Below, in pieces: positions 42,534 to 56,685 of a stretch of 64,000 nucleotides of DNA. Source of the DNA: Tubulanus polymorphus. Lineage: Eukaryota; Animalia; Nemertea. A model generated the notes under the pieces. It was not told where the DNA came from. It was given only the letters and a program-made list of their open reading frames with translations, and made no database searches. Position numbers and translations under genes: made by a program. Location of the stretch: contig NC_134025.1 of NCBI RefSeq assembly GCF_964204645.1, positions 8,866,001 through 8,930,000 on the forward strand. The letters are read 5' to 3'. How positions within the stretch are numbered: the first letter of the stretch is position 1; every line of letters starts with the position of its first letter.

Positions 42534-43895
42534 TACACATAGATAAATTAAAGTGAGATATTTCGTAATTTCCGTGTGTTGTTTATTTTGACCGTATCCA
42601 AGTTTATATCTGTTCTGACGGTCAGCCTTTATAGATGAACATACTTCAGTTCATCAATGGCGTAAAAGCATACACATTGCAGTAGTTGCTCTTAAAGTTA
42701 AAGCGATGGCCAATATGCCTCTGGACAGACTATCAAAAGAGAGTTGAAGTTTGAAAGGATCTCATTGACCGGTTGGCGTGTAATCATGCTAATGGATTCT
42801 GCGAATCTCGATCTTCCGACCTCCCAGACCATTCCCTTGTGTCATTTCTGATGGCCATATCGGAAACAACGCCATTTATATGGGAAAACAATAATAACTA
42901 GCTTTTGCGTATATATTTACTTTAAAAACCATCTTTATTGTAACGTTTTGGATATACATGTATAGATAATGATGTTTAGACTAATAGAAAGCTTATGAAT
43001 TATTGTTGAAATATGAACTGGTCACAATCGGTCAAACCACGTCATCAACCTCTATGTTCATCGACAGTGCGACCGCCTTAGATCCCTAGAATTCAGAAAT
43101 ACGTATTATCGAAACGCGTGAGGCTATGTATATTATATATCTACTCAAATAGAAAAAAGCGAATGTTTGATTGAAACATGCTTTCTATTTTCACGATAAA
43201 ACTATTGATAGCACTGCAGAAATGTTTGCTGTGTGCGAAGGAAGTAAATTGAGTTATAAGTCATTTGCAAGCACGGGGTATTGAGCATGTTTCTCACAAC
43301 TTGGAATTTCGGAGCTGATGGTTGGCTGCAGCAGTTTAAAGAAATATCTAACGCATAAAAGAAAATGATGAAAGATACACTTACACACAGACTCAAAAAC
43401 GTTAGAATCCACGATGAACAACGTACCAATAGTTGTGTAAGGCCTACACGAGTAATATAGTATAATAATATACATTGAGGAGATAATGCGTATTTCAATG
43501 ATGTGACAAGATTTGGCGTACTGCCCAGATTACAACGCATCTCGTCGCCCGGAAAGAGTTAACTTGCAGAGGTGGATTTAGTGAGGTTTCGGTGTCCAGA
43601 CCCTCGCCTTCCCTTGGGGTGGCCCTTCAAGTCAAAGATCATTTTCACCTGCAAATATGACACTCATCCACTCGGAAATTGTATATTTGCCGATGTATTT
43701 CTTCAAAAATATTTCATACCAAGGGTATGAGGTACCCTGCTAGTAGCCTATGACACGGCTGCATTATCTAAAAAATACCTTTTCTTTTCTTCTGGGCCCC
43801 AGCCTTCCTAGATCCCCATATCATGAATTGGCGACTTCAATGAAACTACATGTATGCGTAAAATTCGATTGAACATTTTTCAGCTTGAATATATA

Positions 43896-44226
43896 CAGCG
43901 GTGGATCCAGGATTCCATGGAGGGGGGTGCACAAATCCAAATGGGGGTGTGAAAAATTTTCAAAATTAGACGCGCGGAGACGTGTTCTGCGCACGATCAG
44001 AGTACAATTTTAACTCGCAATTTGGATAGTGATTCCCACAACTTTCATGAATGTAGGACTGCCGAAAAAAAGCGCAGGTAATTGTAAACAACGACATCAG
44101 TTTACGCATTTTCAGGGATTTTTCACATGCTTGTCTTCGTTCTCACGGAATGGTCAGTCCATAAAAAAATAGCGAGGACTTAAGGGGGTGCACGTGCCCC
44201 CTGTGCACCCCCTGGATCCGCCGTTG
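43896..44226. mobile_element. Non-autonomous DNA transposon (MITE-like)
   Basis: Terminal inverted repeats cagcggtggatccagg ... cctggatccgccgttg, flanked by ATATA on both sides. Confidence 0.7.
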
Positions 44227-46643
44227 ATATACCGGGTGATATTGTCGTACAACACTGTATAATTCCATTTCCACGCGATGAACCAGGAATCCCGATTTTT
44301 TTCTAATCAATTTCTTTGTGACTTCATAATTGGTTATTTCATTTGTTTTGAAAATGATTTCTCAATTTGTCAACACCAGAAGTCAAATATATTACAAGAG
44401 CAGTTATGAAGACCCCTCGTGTTAAAAGAAACCAGTCATGCTTTAAAGTTACTGGCCATTCGAGAAGTTTTTAGTTTTATATGTTTGAATCATGGACACT
44501 AAACTAAAAACAATTGGTTTAGATCGAATGGTTGAAATTAATATTTTCGTGAGTTCATGCACCTAAAGTTAATTCTCCGTAAGTCAAGCTATTTATTGAA
44601 AGTCAAAACGAAAAGTGTCATTGAATCGACCCAAAAATATACGTACAATGTGCCACAGGCTTTTAACAGAAAATTTACACATAAAACATTCCAACTGCAG
44701 CTTGTAAAAATTACAAAAATTACAAACTGTACTGGAGAAAATACGTCAGTTGAAATTGAATTGGTCGTTTCAGTATTTATTTCTTACAAGGTCTAAGATC
44801 CTTCAGAAAGGTGCATTCTAGAATCGTCGCGTTTGCAAACGACATTTCGAGTGACATATTCTCTCAAATATCATTAGTATCAATATGGAATAAAAATGTA
44901 TAGTTTTATATAAATGAATTAGAAAGTACGTATACATGCTGTATTGAAATGTACCGTTGTTGATGTTGACGACTCACGACTTAAAATCAGCCGCCATATC
45001 TCGATCAGCTTCCTCTGTAATGTAATTAATTATTGTCGTTAATTAGTTTCATTAGTTCGTATTTGTGCTCGACCATCTGCGTACACGAGGTGGTGACACC
45101 CCCCCCCCCCCCCCCCAGTAAGTCAGCCATGGAGAAGTAATTTAGCTACGTACTTAAGATAGATGCAATTTATAGCCAGTCACACTTATAAGTAACGGCG
45201 ATTTCTCACTAACGCCCATTGACGAAAATGCCCGATTGGAGGAAAATAATTTCTGTACTAATTGAGAAATGCGAATTCGAGCAAATGACTTTTCATGACT
45301 TAACTTACTACACGTGTAGCCTATTATCCACGCTGTTAAAACATGTACGTATACTGACTATCGAAAATTCCATTTTGTAACGTTTTTGGTCATAAAGGAA
45401 CATTTTAATTAGACACTGCTCCAATATTCGACGTGTCGGGAATCGATTAGTAAACAAACAAAACAAATTCATATCGTTTTAGCAATGAATGTAATTAAAT
45501 TGATCAATATCTATTGCACGACAAGCTCATTGCAAGAAAAAGCTCATCGCAGCTGAAATTGGTATAAGTGGAACAATGAAAAGCGGGGGATATTGACTAC
45601 ATTCATTTCGTGAGAGAAAATATTTGCACTTTATACGAGTACATACTTAGGTGTTCATTCCTTCATTCGAAAATCTTTTGATTTTGACAGGTGGGTAACT
45701 AACAGGAAAAATGGATTCTATGGGAAACGAAAACAAATGAGAATGAAAAAACTATTGAACGCTGTAAATCGACTTCAAAATCTGCTTCTCTAAATAACTT
45801 TCGTTGGCCGATGAAAGTTGTTTTTATTTGGTTTTGTTTTCAACTGGGGGAAACGAAACCTTTCTATATATCTGTATATATGTATATTAAACGTAATAAA
45901 ATAGAAAACTGCAAGCATGCATGGGAAAACATGGACGGAATTATCTTACACGTATGCGTGTTGCCAGACCCACCTCATAGCACAGCGGATAATGCGGGTA
46001 GTATATCTAGAGAGTGAATTTGATAATGTCATTTTGTTTCAATTTGCAATAGATTCTTCACCGAATTAAAAGTAGAATCACCCGCCGAGAGTCGTATAAA
46101 TCGACGAAGAACGGGGTTCTGGCTCTAGCAGTAATTATGAAATGTTGAAGAATCATAACGAGCATATTAGTCGTGAAATAATGTATTCTCACGATAATCT
46201 GACACTAATAGAACATAGAAATGGAATTTGCCGAGCAATATATCAAGCTATGGTGGCAACAGAAAGTTTATCCTTTAAATCAGATTTGCTTCACATGGAT
46301 CAAAAATATGGGATTTACTAATGGCGGATGATTTGGTTTAAAAAAAATAGTAGTTGCAAAAGGGTTGCTGAATAAATAGGAAATTGAATGCTATTATGTA
46401 CAAGATTTAGCGCTTTGGTCCTTCTAATTTTAGAAATATTGAATTCTTGCTGCTATTCTAGATAATGTTCTAACATTTATAGACAACGGATTAACTGCGT
46501 TCCATAATCCATATTCCCATCGCAAGCAATCAATCTTTTCGATTTGATTAAGATTCAAGCGAAAATAAAAGCATAAGTCAGGACCAGCACGCTAATGGGG
46601 AATGCTTTTACATCGGTTGCAAATCACGGAATAATATAATTAT

Positions 46644-49600
46644 CTATAATGACGTACAAATATTTTCCGTTTCAATCGGAGTCTTCAAATCATCGGTTTC
46701 TGCTGAACCCTTCGCATCTCTGTGGTTAGCATTACCTTTCTTTTTCTTGCAGACCGTTTCGAACACGGTAATGAAGATGCCCAACATTAGTCCCACGGCT
46801 AGGAATACAAAGGCTAAAGCGAAGTCCTCGATATCCACCGCGAATGGGAGACCGGATTTAATTGCCGAACGAACTCTAGCACCCATCTCCTCGGTGGCGC
46901 ACTCCCCTTTAAACCATTTCTTCTGGAGCTGTACCAGCTCTCCGTTTTCTCTAAGCTGCAGTAGAGCATCATTAATTTTCTCCAAATAGGGCGAGTTCCT
47001 TTGAACAGCAAATGCGTAACTTCTAATAGCCAATGGGTAGCCAATCGTGGTCAGATCACAGGGTTTCTGATTTACCTGGTAATTTGCCATTCCCGACTCC
47101 ATAATGAACGCATATTGCCCATCGGAAGCCCTGACTCTCTCAATGCCCTCGTCAACCAACTTAACGAAGACACTCGGTTCAACAGTTGTCATGAAATCCC
47201 ACATTTTCTCGTAGATGGGTATTTTGGAATTTCTAAAAAACTGTTCAGTAGCTCCATTGGCCACCGTGCCATAGTGGACCTTGGTTTGCATTGCCAGTTG
47301 AACGTGGTTTTCGAACGGAAGTTTGACCGTGGCCTCTTTACTGGGAGACATGATCTGACCGGCGAAATTTGAAATATAAGTGGCTATCGTAAATAGTGAA
47401 AAGACCCACCAAAACCCGAATATGATTCTCGTGCCAAAACTTCTCGGTGTAATGAGATATCCTGAAATGTAAAGAGAGTTATTCATTTCGCAATTATTTC
47501 GGCGGATAAAGGACAAGTGTAAATCGGATATTGGGAGTATTCTTTCATTCACACAAATCACAAAGTGACCAATTAATTCGATAGAGCTGTGACGCGTTCG
47601 TTTATAGAGCCGATGGATATAACGAATTGGAAATATGTCAAACCAGCTCGCCACAGGAAATGCATCTCTGGATCAATTCGACCACGATGTAATTGGTAAA
47701 TTTAATAAATCCCGAATACTTTTAACTACGTAGACTAGGTATGAATCCAGTCCATGTATACTTACCTTGCCACATCAGAATACTGAATATAGCCCAGGCG
47801 GAATTAGCAAAGTTTAGGTTTTGTGTCGTGTATCTGCCACCTTTTTGTTCATCGGACAAATTAGGAAGTTCCCGTGGATTGAATCGGCTTACTGAATAAA
47901 CCATGATGCTCGTTACTATAAATGCGATTATAATGAGAATCCAGACGCCTGCAGTGAATGGCTGTAATAAGAGGAATACCGTTGTCCCCTGGGTACCCAT
48001 TTGTGGTTTTTTTATGAGCACTATAGGTCCGCTCGTCTCGAACGCTTTGGTGAAACTGACCACTGTCTCCCGCAGTGAGGTGATCGTCAACGGTGCGGCA
48101 GCTAGGTCAACTTCCTGTTAAATAAAACATAGACATTCTCACGAAAACAACTCAAAGCCATCTCATTGGATGTAATGGAGATGTAGCTGTTTTTGCCAAA
48201 GCAATGTCAATATATGCTAATTCGGATTCAGCGATATTATAACTCTTGAGAGCTGTGAGTGCTACGATGCATGACTACATCAAAATGTGTAATGTCATGA
48301 ACATTATTTAGCTAAGAGCGTTACTGCAACACACACTCAAACGATTATATTGGCCTTATTTCTGATACTTGAAAAAAAGAAGCATAGCATAATTCGGTAT
48401 ACCTTGCGTTGAAGTTCTCCAACCATACCATTCCAATCACCAGGTCCTGTTTTGTTGTCCATGGTTCCGTACTTATCGTCCTTAACCAACGATATCGAAA
48501 AGTCGTAACCAGTGAATTCAGAAATACGGTCCAACATGTCCTTGATCATACCTCTGAATCTCGCATTCGTTTTCTGCAAATGTGCCGGAACCGCTGGGTC
48601 TTTTTCCAAATAGGGAGGTTGCTATAACATGAATGACAACATTTGTTAAAACACGTTTTCGTTGAAGAATTCCCACATTTGTAAAACTTTAAATCTCACC
48701 AGTATCGACGACACCTTTAAGGTTTTCGACCGCTCTCTTATCGTCTGAAATGTAAGAACACGATGACTTTGATCAATGAAATTGTACCCAGTGAGTTCCA
48801 CAATTCTGAGTAAGGGTTCTTGGTTATTTGCGGGTTAATTTGATAGCGTCGTTTCTGAGCCGAGAGTCATTTAGGATTCCCGCTACGAACAGATACTAAA
48901 AACCGTTTGTACCACCGGCTGAGTGGTTGTTCTTTTCACCAGCGGCATCAATCCGGTGGGTCCGTCATCTCGACCTGTGCGCATTTCCACCGTAAATAAG
49001 TTCGCAAATACGTTATTCTTTAATATGATAATATCGTTAGTCAAATTGTTAATCTATCGCCGTGGCAAGGAAGGAGCAGAAAATGCATCGTTCGTGTCCC
49101 GTGACCGCGGGTGACTGCTCAGTCACACAACATGACGTATACGTCGATCGCAATTTTGACGCTAATAGCTGTATTTTCTGATAATGCTTTCGAACGATGT
49201 CAGCTTGTTGTGAATGGAAATTGCAGAAATTTCATTTTACCCGTTAGGCAAATGACTGGCAAAGATTTCGCATGAAAGTAAGTTATTCACATGGACATAA
49301 TAATAGTCATATAGCTTCATCAAAAAAAATGGTAGCCTACATAATGAATGGTCGAATTAGATAGCTGAACATTTTCGTAGGATGCAATGAATATGCAATG
49401 GGTTTTAACCCTCCCCCCTTTTTTGGAATAATTGATATGTATATATTTATTATTTAAAAAAACCAAAGCGCTGTTCTTTTTCAGGACTGTACCAATGTTA
49501 ATGAACGGGAATGGATTCGGGGCGTTCAATACGTAACCTGCGTCCGACCAAGGACGAATAATGCGTCCATGGTGTAACCGACATGATGTCATAGACGTAT

Positions 49601-52600
49601 CTGGGTGATTTGCAGTGTCGAGTTAAAAAGTGCACTCGACTATTTTGTATCGGCGAGTCTCGTTATTAGACGTAACGTGAGAATGCGCCGATTGCATATA
49701 CCGATTGGGCCATTGTACGCAACAGACACGGGGGTTTAGAAGTACGTAACTAACTTACATTTCCACGAACGTCGGAATCTGAAAGAAAGCTGATCGTATT
49801 GCGGTGTGGCCACTCCAAACTTACTCTCTTGGCAATTGGTGCGAATACTGCTGGGGTCTTGATTGCATTAAATAATCACCACTAAAATCAGATAATTGGT
49901 AAAATTGCCAGAATACGATTTATGTATGCAGTCGGGAAATGGTCGCTTTAGCATAAGGTAATCTCCGGAGACCTGTGACTGGTATTCTAATCAGCTAGCC
50001 GTGTTCATCTCCATGAACATCTTTCCATTGAAAATATAGTTCAAGATAGCTACAATGCACACGCACGCTTCTCCCAAGAATCCAATCTATGATACCATGT
50101 TGTGAAGATTTTAACAGTACTTTATTCTTATCAGTGCCTGACACTAAAGGCTCAATTTTGTACAATCATTGGTTGTCCCAAAAGAGATTATGACTTACTA
50201 ACGGTTGAAGGAAAAAACAGGCCGAATAAAAACTGTAGATGATAGTAGCAGTCGTGTAAAATGGCGAGCATTCGCATAGAAATATGAATAGGCTACATCG
50301 AAAATATGTTTGTTGTATGCGGCTGAAGTTCATGGACATCGGAGTATGTGGCTGATCTCCATGAAGATTGCGCGATACCATCTCATTGCCATCGTTGGTT
50401 TATCATTATCAATCAGCTGACTTAGCCGATACATCATGAACAAACCCGACAAGAAATAAATGACAAATTGCCAATTCTGTCGAGTAGAAAGTGTTGAGCA
50501 ATCAAAGGTAAGCAGACGTATTCATCATTTTTCAATTAGCGCTTCAAATAGAAATGTCATCACATCTTGTGCCATCCGTATTTTTCCCAGGTACTTGAGT
50601 AATATTTGATTTTGGGTGCAAGCCTCTACCGCACGAAATTTAGAATAGGTCAAACGAGGGTAGTTTTCTACAGCAATTATCGAGTGCAGATATTCGGAGA
50701 ACGACATTTTCTATCATCCACTCGATGAAATCAATCACCCAGTTCTATTTTTTTCTAGAAAGAACCTGTGCCTTCATCGTGCGTGGTAGGTAAATCACCT
50801 CGATAGATTGTCCCTAGGATATTCAGGTGATTGTGATATCATCTGGCTTGTTGTTTGACGGTACATTGACTGCCGCCGACCGAGAGTCATTAGAAGACGG
50901 TGCTAATATACGTCGTATATTTCCGTCAAGTCATATACTGCACCTTCGAGGTATTGTTTTAATTAGCAATTACTGTTGGGTCGGACGTATAAAAAAGCTA
51001 TCTGCTCCTTTTTGATGAAGCTGTGTCAGCGCTGCATTAATTATGGCGTCATCTCTCGAGAATTCTCGCCATGGATCACGAGATCCCACTGCTTGGACAG
51101 TATTTACTTTCTCGTGATTTTTGTCGCAGTGTGAGACTCGAACGAACGCGGTTGTCTTTCCATGCGAGTGACTGATTGTTAAAAATCCTACGAAATGATG
51201 AAATAGCTCTTCATCGTGTACGATATAACGAATAAACATCCCAAAGCCATTTGTAACACGACAGGCGATATTTTGATATGATCATTCTTATCGATTCTGG
51301 ACATCAGAACGATATTTATCTGGTCATAAACGCAATAACACGGTTGTCTCTCTGGTTTTAGTATCCGAAAAAGATGTCGTACAAATTGCCAAAATATCGG
51401 GCAATCGACGAATACCAGATTTTAAGAAAAATAGTATCAACTGAACTTTTAAGATAAACCACAATTTCGAGGCTAGTGATATAATATTACCGACTGCTAC
51501 TTAGAATTTCCAGATTACAGGAGTTAGTAAGACTGGCCAGCGTTTCATAAGCATGTTCACCAGCTGAGGTATGAGTGATGTAACTTGATTTACATCAAGG
51601 ACGAACTTGTAAATTGCTGCATCAAAGATTAGGATAAGAAGAAAATGTCGAAAACACTCTTGGACTCGCATCGTACTCTAAGGTCTAACTCTAAGGACGT
51701 CTACTTCGTTTTAGAGTATATGGTCAGAGCTTAGAGATATACACCAATATTTCAAGTACCAGTGGGCCTATCATTGATTGACAGGAAAAATACATCAAAG
51801 GAAGCAGATTACTTTACTAACATGCTAGTTTCTCTGGTCATCTCAATGATATACTGATATAGCATTACTAAGGAATCATATGTAAAACCCTGTTGTAATC
51901 AATTACCACGATGCATCAGGCTCCTAGGGAATATTACGAATAGAAAAGCTATAGGGATCAACTTATCTCATCATAGACGTTTCATGTGACAAGCTCAAGT
52001 ACGGTTTATCTTGTGTTAATTGCGATTGAGATTCAAATCTCTATTTAAATGCAATGAACTCGTGTTTTCACTGAGAAAAATAGACAGGACTGGGAGCGGT
52101 TTAGCTGGAGGGAGTACCCAGCTAACAGCACTAGGTTTTGAGACCATTTTTCTACGCTTTCAATCAGGTTGCAGATGAAGAAAGCCATGCATCATGTTAT
52201 ATAACGTATCATAAGGCATAAATGTCTCAAAGTATTGATGATGATTGATGAAACTCACTCGACCTTCGCACAACAGTTCCGAAAGTGCGCATAGTACTTA
52301 TCGTACTTGTTAAACCCAATCATTTGCAGCCGATTTTCATTCAATTTATGCGCGAAAGAATTTAACGCAAAGCTTTCATGGGGGTGAATGAAAAGAATAT
52401 TTAATTCTCGACATCGAAGATTACATCAGCAACTCACAACTCTGAATTCAAGAAGCGGTTCCACTGCAGTTATAAGTTAAATTTGATTCTAGAGTCAAAT
52501 TAGCCCCATGAGTCAAATCTTAACAAACAACTGCGGAACTGTGCCCTGTAATCCAGAACATTAATAAAGATTTACTAAAACTGTGTGACAATCTACATAT

Positions 52601-55600
52601 CAGTACCCGGTAAACCGCTGGAAATGACTTTGTAACTTAAGATTTATGGGCGGTAGATATACACGGGAAAGCATTTTATTTTTGGGAAGCTGCTGAAGTG
52701 GATCTTGCAGCCTATGCGTCATTTTGTGCATTCGGGAGACGCTCGTTACCGAGCACAAACATCGATATTTATGGGTAGAACTAGCGATGTAACGTTCCTG
52801 ACGAGAATCTGTGACATTTTAAAAACATTTCCTACTCGAATGTATCCCTATAAATGCTTGCAGTGTCAGTCATCTAAACCCGGTTTGTCGTTTGTTCGTC
52901 GTTGGAGAGCCAGGCGATTGTTAGCCTATATTTACCTAACAAATCTGCCATGATTCTTTTACATTTTCGCCATCGTCTCACATTCGACGGATAGAATATC
53001 GTTGGAAGGCTAACGAAAGAAAAGAAAGAGCTTCGTGGACCTTGATCACGTCAAGTCACACCATTGAATTCCTATGAAGCGAAAATCAAATATTGCGTAT
53101 GACCACATTTGAAATCTTAAATCGGCTGGCGGTCGAGCGATAATTTTTATCCGTGCTTTATGTGTACCAAATGCTATGCATTTTTAGAAATGCCAATAGT
53201 AAAATGACTGGTCGAGTAACGTTCTACCAATTAACGATTCGTGATTGAAATCGCACGGGATAGCAGGCTCCCGTTGAGGGTTAGTGAGTGCCGAGTACCG
53301 AGAATACCGGTACCTATAATGTATATATCCCAATCCTCGAATAAAAACATATTAGCTTATTCACCTTATTTTTGATGTTCTGGAAGACCACATGAAACAA
53401 GTATTTTCTTTTTCGTTATTACCTATTGGCTAATCAAGTATGTGGGTACTTGTATATATATATATATATATATCATCAGCTGTTGTTTCGGTGTTGAGCA
53501 TTGTCTTATCGCGACTGAACACTGCGGGAATGGCTTAATTAAACAGTTGTCTCTTGAGACAAAATGAAACGAAGCGATGTTTCTACGTCGTGTTATTCGA
53601 TATTTGTCAACAAGAATGACGGATCGTTTTGCGTGTAATCAGCCATTAGCGCTTGCTTACGACCAAATTTTCTCACTGAAATCGCAACCATGAGCCAATA
53701 AAATGACTTCATCGCCACGGCCCCATTTTCTTCTTCGATATGAAAAACCAGATGCAGTGAAACGAGTATATTAATAACCTTCTTTCGTTGAAACCGCCGC
53801 CACGTATAGAGGCTCAACGTTGTCATTTCTCATTTAATTCGATAAGTCAAGACGTTTTCGATGGCTTTGTATTCACGGCCGGTGAATACATGTATTTTGG
53901 ACCATGTTCTATTCATTATTCCATTCCCTGCATGACTAAGATATTATGGCATAACACTCGTTGTAATTATACGTGGCAAATTGGTGGAGAGACTGCTTAT
54001 TAAGTCTTTCTCGATCTAATATTTGTCAGGTCGTTAGTATATGACGGGTAGTTTTCCTCGGAATCTATTGGGTGGACTTACCAGCGTAATTAAAGAACTG
54101 AGGAGTAGACAACTATGTATTATACATGTTTATTTGTATCACGATTCACGAACTACACTTTAGCCTTGTACTCATACTTCATTGTCTTCAGTGGTTTTTT
54201 GATGCGTATAGTTTAATTACTTTAAATCAGACACGTTTGTTTTGCTACTCAAATCCGTTCTTGTGATGTAGTGAGTCAATGTGGTGTTAACGGCATAAAA
54301 TCTTAAAACAGTTTCTCGGAAACGTATATTATATCCGGTAATAGATATAAAAAGTGCACATTTTAGTCCATTATAAAATGCTTTACCGGAGAAAATTACT
54401 CTCTTGACAATGCAACATAGATTAGAAAGGTGTACTATTTTTCCTAAGAACGCCTTTTGCAACATTAGCCGTTTAATTAAAAGATACGCTAATGATTCAT
54501 TGACGTTTTGCGTTAACTAATTTAGCTTTCCGCATTCCACATATAGCAGGGGAGGGGTAAAGGTGAGAGAACTCACGGTGAGTATTACAGTTACATCTCG
54601 TTTCGTTCGTACAAGCAGTTCATGCACCCCACCCGCATTCTCTTTGAGGCAGCTAACGTTAGCGATTTCGCCTCACAGAACATTTTCTTCATTAATTCGT
54701 GCTTTTAAAGTTTTTCAATGATAGCCGCTTGATTTATTGACTGCAATGAAAATCAATTTCTTTCCTTTTTGAGTCTTTCGTGATTTTTTAACTTTAGATC
54801 CGGTAACACACACACACACACAGGCGAAACATAACATCGGATATGTCGTGATCACCTTCATCTTATATCAGCATTTTCTGTAATTTATGATTCTCTACGA
54901 GTATGATATGATCACGTTTGAATTTGATTAAATTTCATTTTGTGATCGATTCAAGTTGAACAGTTATTTTCACGGAATTGGAAACGCACACTCGTAATGA
55001 TAAAACCAATACATCCAATCCCAATTGTGGCGCATAATTAACTAGCTCTGATTTAATTGCAATTTCATTTATTACTAATTACCGATTTCTGTCTCCTGTT
55101 GCCATTGCAACTCACGTCGATTTTCATGATGATTTCATTTCTGTTTGGGAAGCGAAAAGGACTTCAACGAGTTTCGTTTTATTCATATTTGATGGCACTC
55201 GACACTATACCCACATCCAACAAAGCGTTTTTCCGCTAATGAATTACTTTCCTGAGCGGCATCGCTGATTGGAACCATGTGAATTGCTATTACACTCCTG
55301 TCCCCATTTACCAGAGTTGATCAATATTTGAAAATAAAGTTTCTACTTGATAAGCCAACGTGTCGACTGAAATCATTTATAAATGGTGCTTCTTTCCTTG
55401 ACAATTTTGTCGATATATGATGCATTTCCTTTATGCCGGAAAACCTCTCGACAATGAGTTACGGTAATTATATACCGGTATATTGCCAATCCTGACCCAT
55501 CCAGTAGGGCGAAACAAGCCCGTTTGCCACTTTCTCGATGCAATAAGAAGACGCGTTACAGGATCTATTTTAGATCTAATTTTGCCAAATGCGTTATCAG

Positions 55601-56685
55601 AATTGAAACGCGATCATATAAAACTATTCAAACGTTATAAGCCAGCAGAAAGAGCACCTGCGTCTAACTAACTATAAATAAGTAAGTGAATTATCAATTC
55701 AGACGAACGGGGGTTAGGGAATGGGTTATCAACACAAGAGTTAGAATGCCCTCGGTGAAAGCGTACCTCTGAACAGAAAACCATCAACACTCTCGAATAT
55801 CTGAGAGAAATGTATTTAGTGAAAAACAAAAATCCACGATGCACCTCATGTGAAGAATGAAGACAGAATGCATTAGAGAAATGTTATCTTGAAATTCTAA
55901 CCCAAAACAGTTCGGCAGATTTTCTGTTTAAGCTTCTTCAAACAACGAGCTTCTAAATATTGTGAGGTGGTGCCTAACCAAACCCATCAACGGTCTAAAC
56001 TAAGAATTGAACGAAATTTGGACGGCTTGTGTATACCTTCTCAGCATCGATTTATCATCTTAAATCATACGGTTGGAGGGTATAATTTCGCGGTGATACA
56101 ATTTCTTTAAGTGTTGTCTTGAATATTGTTTATTTTAAGACTAAAATCGATGTTTTGAATGTGCATCAGCAATTTTAGTATATTTGCAGCATATTTGTTC
56201 TGAATGTACATATCTCATACGGAACGGAAAATATGTTCTATGGCATTTTGATAATTGTTTGGATCTTTTATCTATAAACATCGATCTTACAGTAAAGTTC
56301 AAGTACATGGAGTGTGAACTCCATGAAATTACGAGAAATAGATAAATAAGTTCGCTTATAGTATACATTATTTTTAAGACAAATTGATAGATTTCTAAAT
56401 ATAAAATGTTCTACTTGCAAACACATTAAATTAGGTATCTGGTCCCGTTACCAGCGCCTTTGTTTTCTCATCGAAACAACATGATAATACCTGTGCGTTC
56501 TCTAGAAATAATATTTTCATTTTTCGGCAATACAGCGAACACGTGTGCGAAAACAGAATCTTCTGAAGATTTTTTCGCTTGAAACATTAAAGAAAAAAAA
56601 GAAAACTTCGCTATATCGCTCTTACCTGGCCATCTCCTACGGCAAAGACTGTTACGACCAACAGTACGGCAAATATCCTGGACAT
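46644..56685 (-). CDS. Ionotropic glutamate receptor-like protein, ~496 aa, apparently without amino-terminal domain (exons 56685-56626, 48744-48700, 48621-48403, 48114-47766, 47461-46644)
   Basis: S1 (DDKYG, WNGMVGEL, DLAAAPLTITSLRETVVSFT), M1-M3 (LLQPF, MWQG, PRSFGTRI, FWWVF), S2 (YGTV, YEKMW, FIMES, PCDL, LRENGEL), M4; signal-peptide exon MSRIFAVLLVVTVFAVGDGQ|gtaag in matching phase (this exon's assignment is less certain). Confidence 0.85.

Noticed and set aside
53676-53712. Alternative iGluR first exon MKSFYWLMVAIS
   Set aside because: Too short for a signal peptide and weaker donor than the 56685-56626 exon
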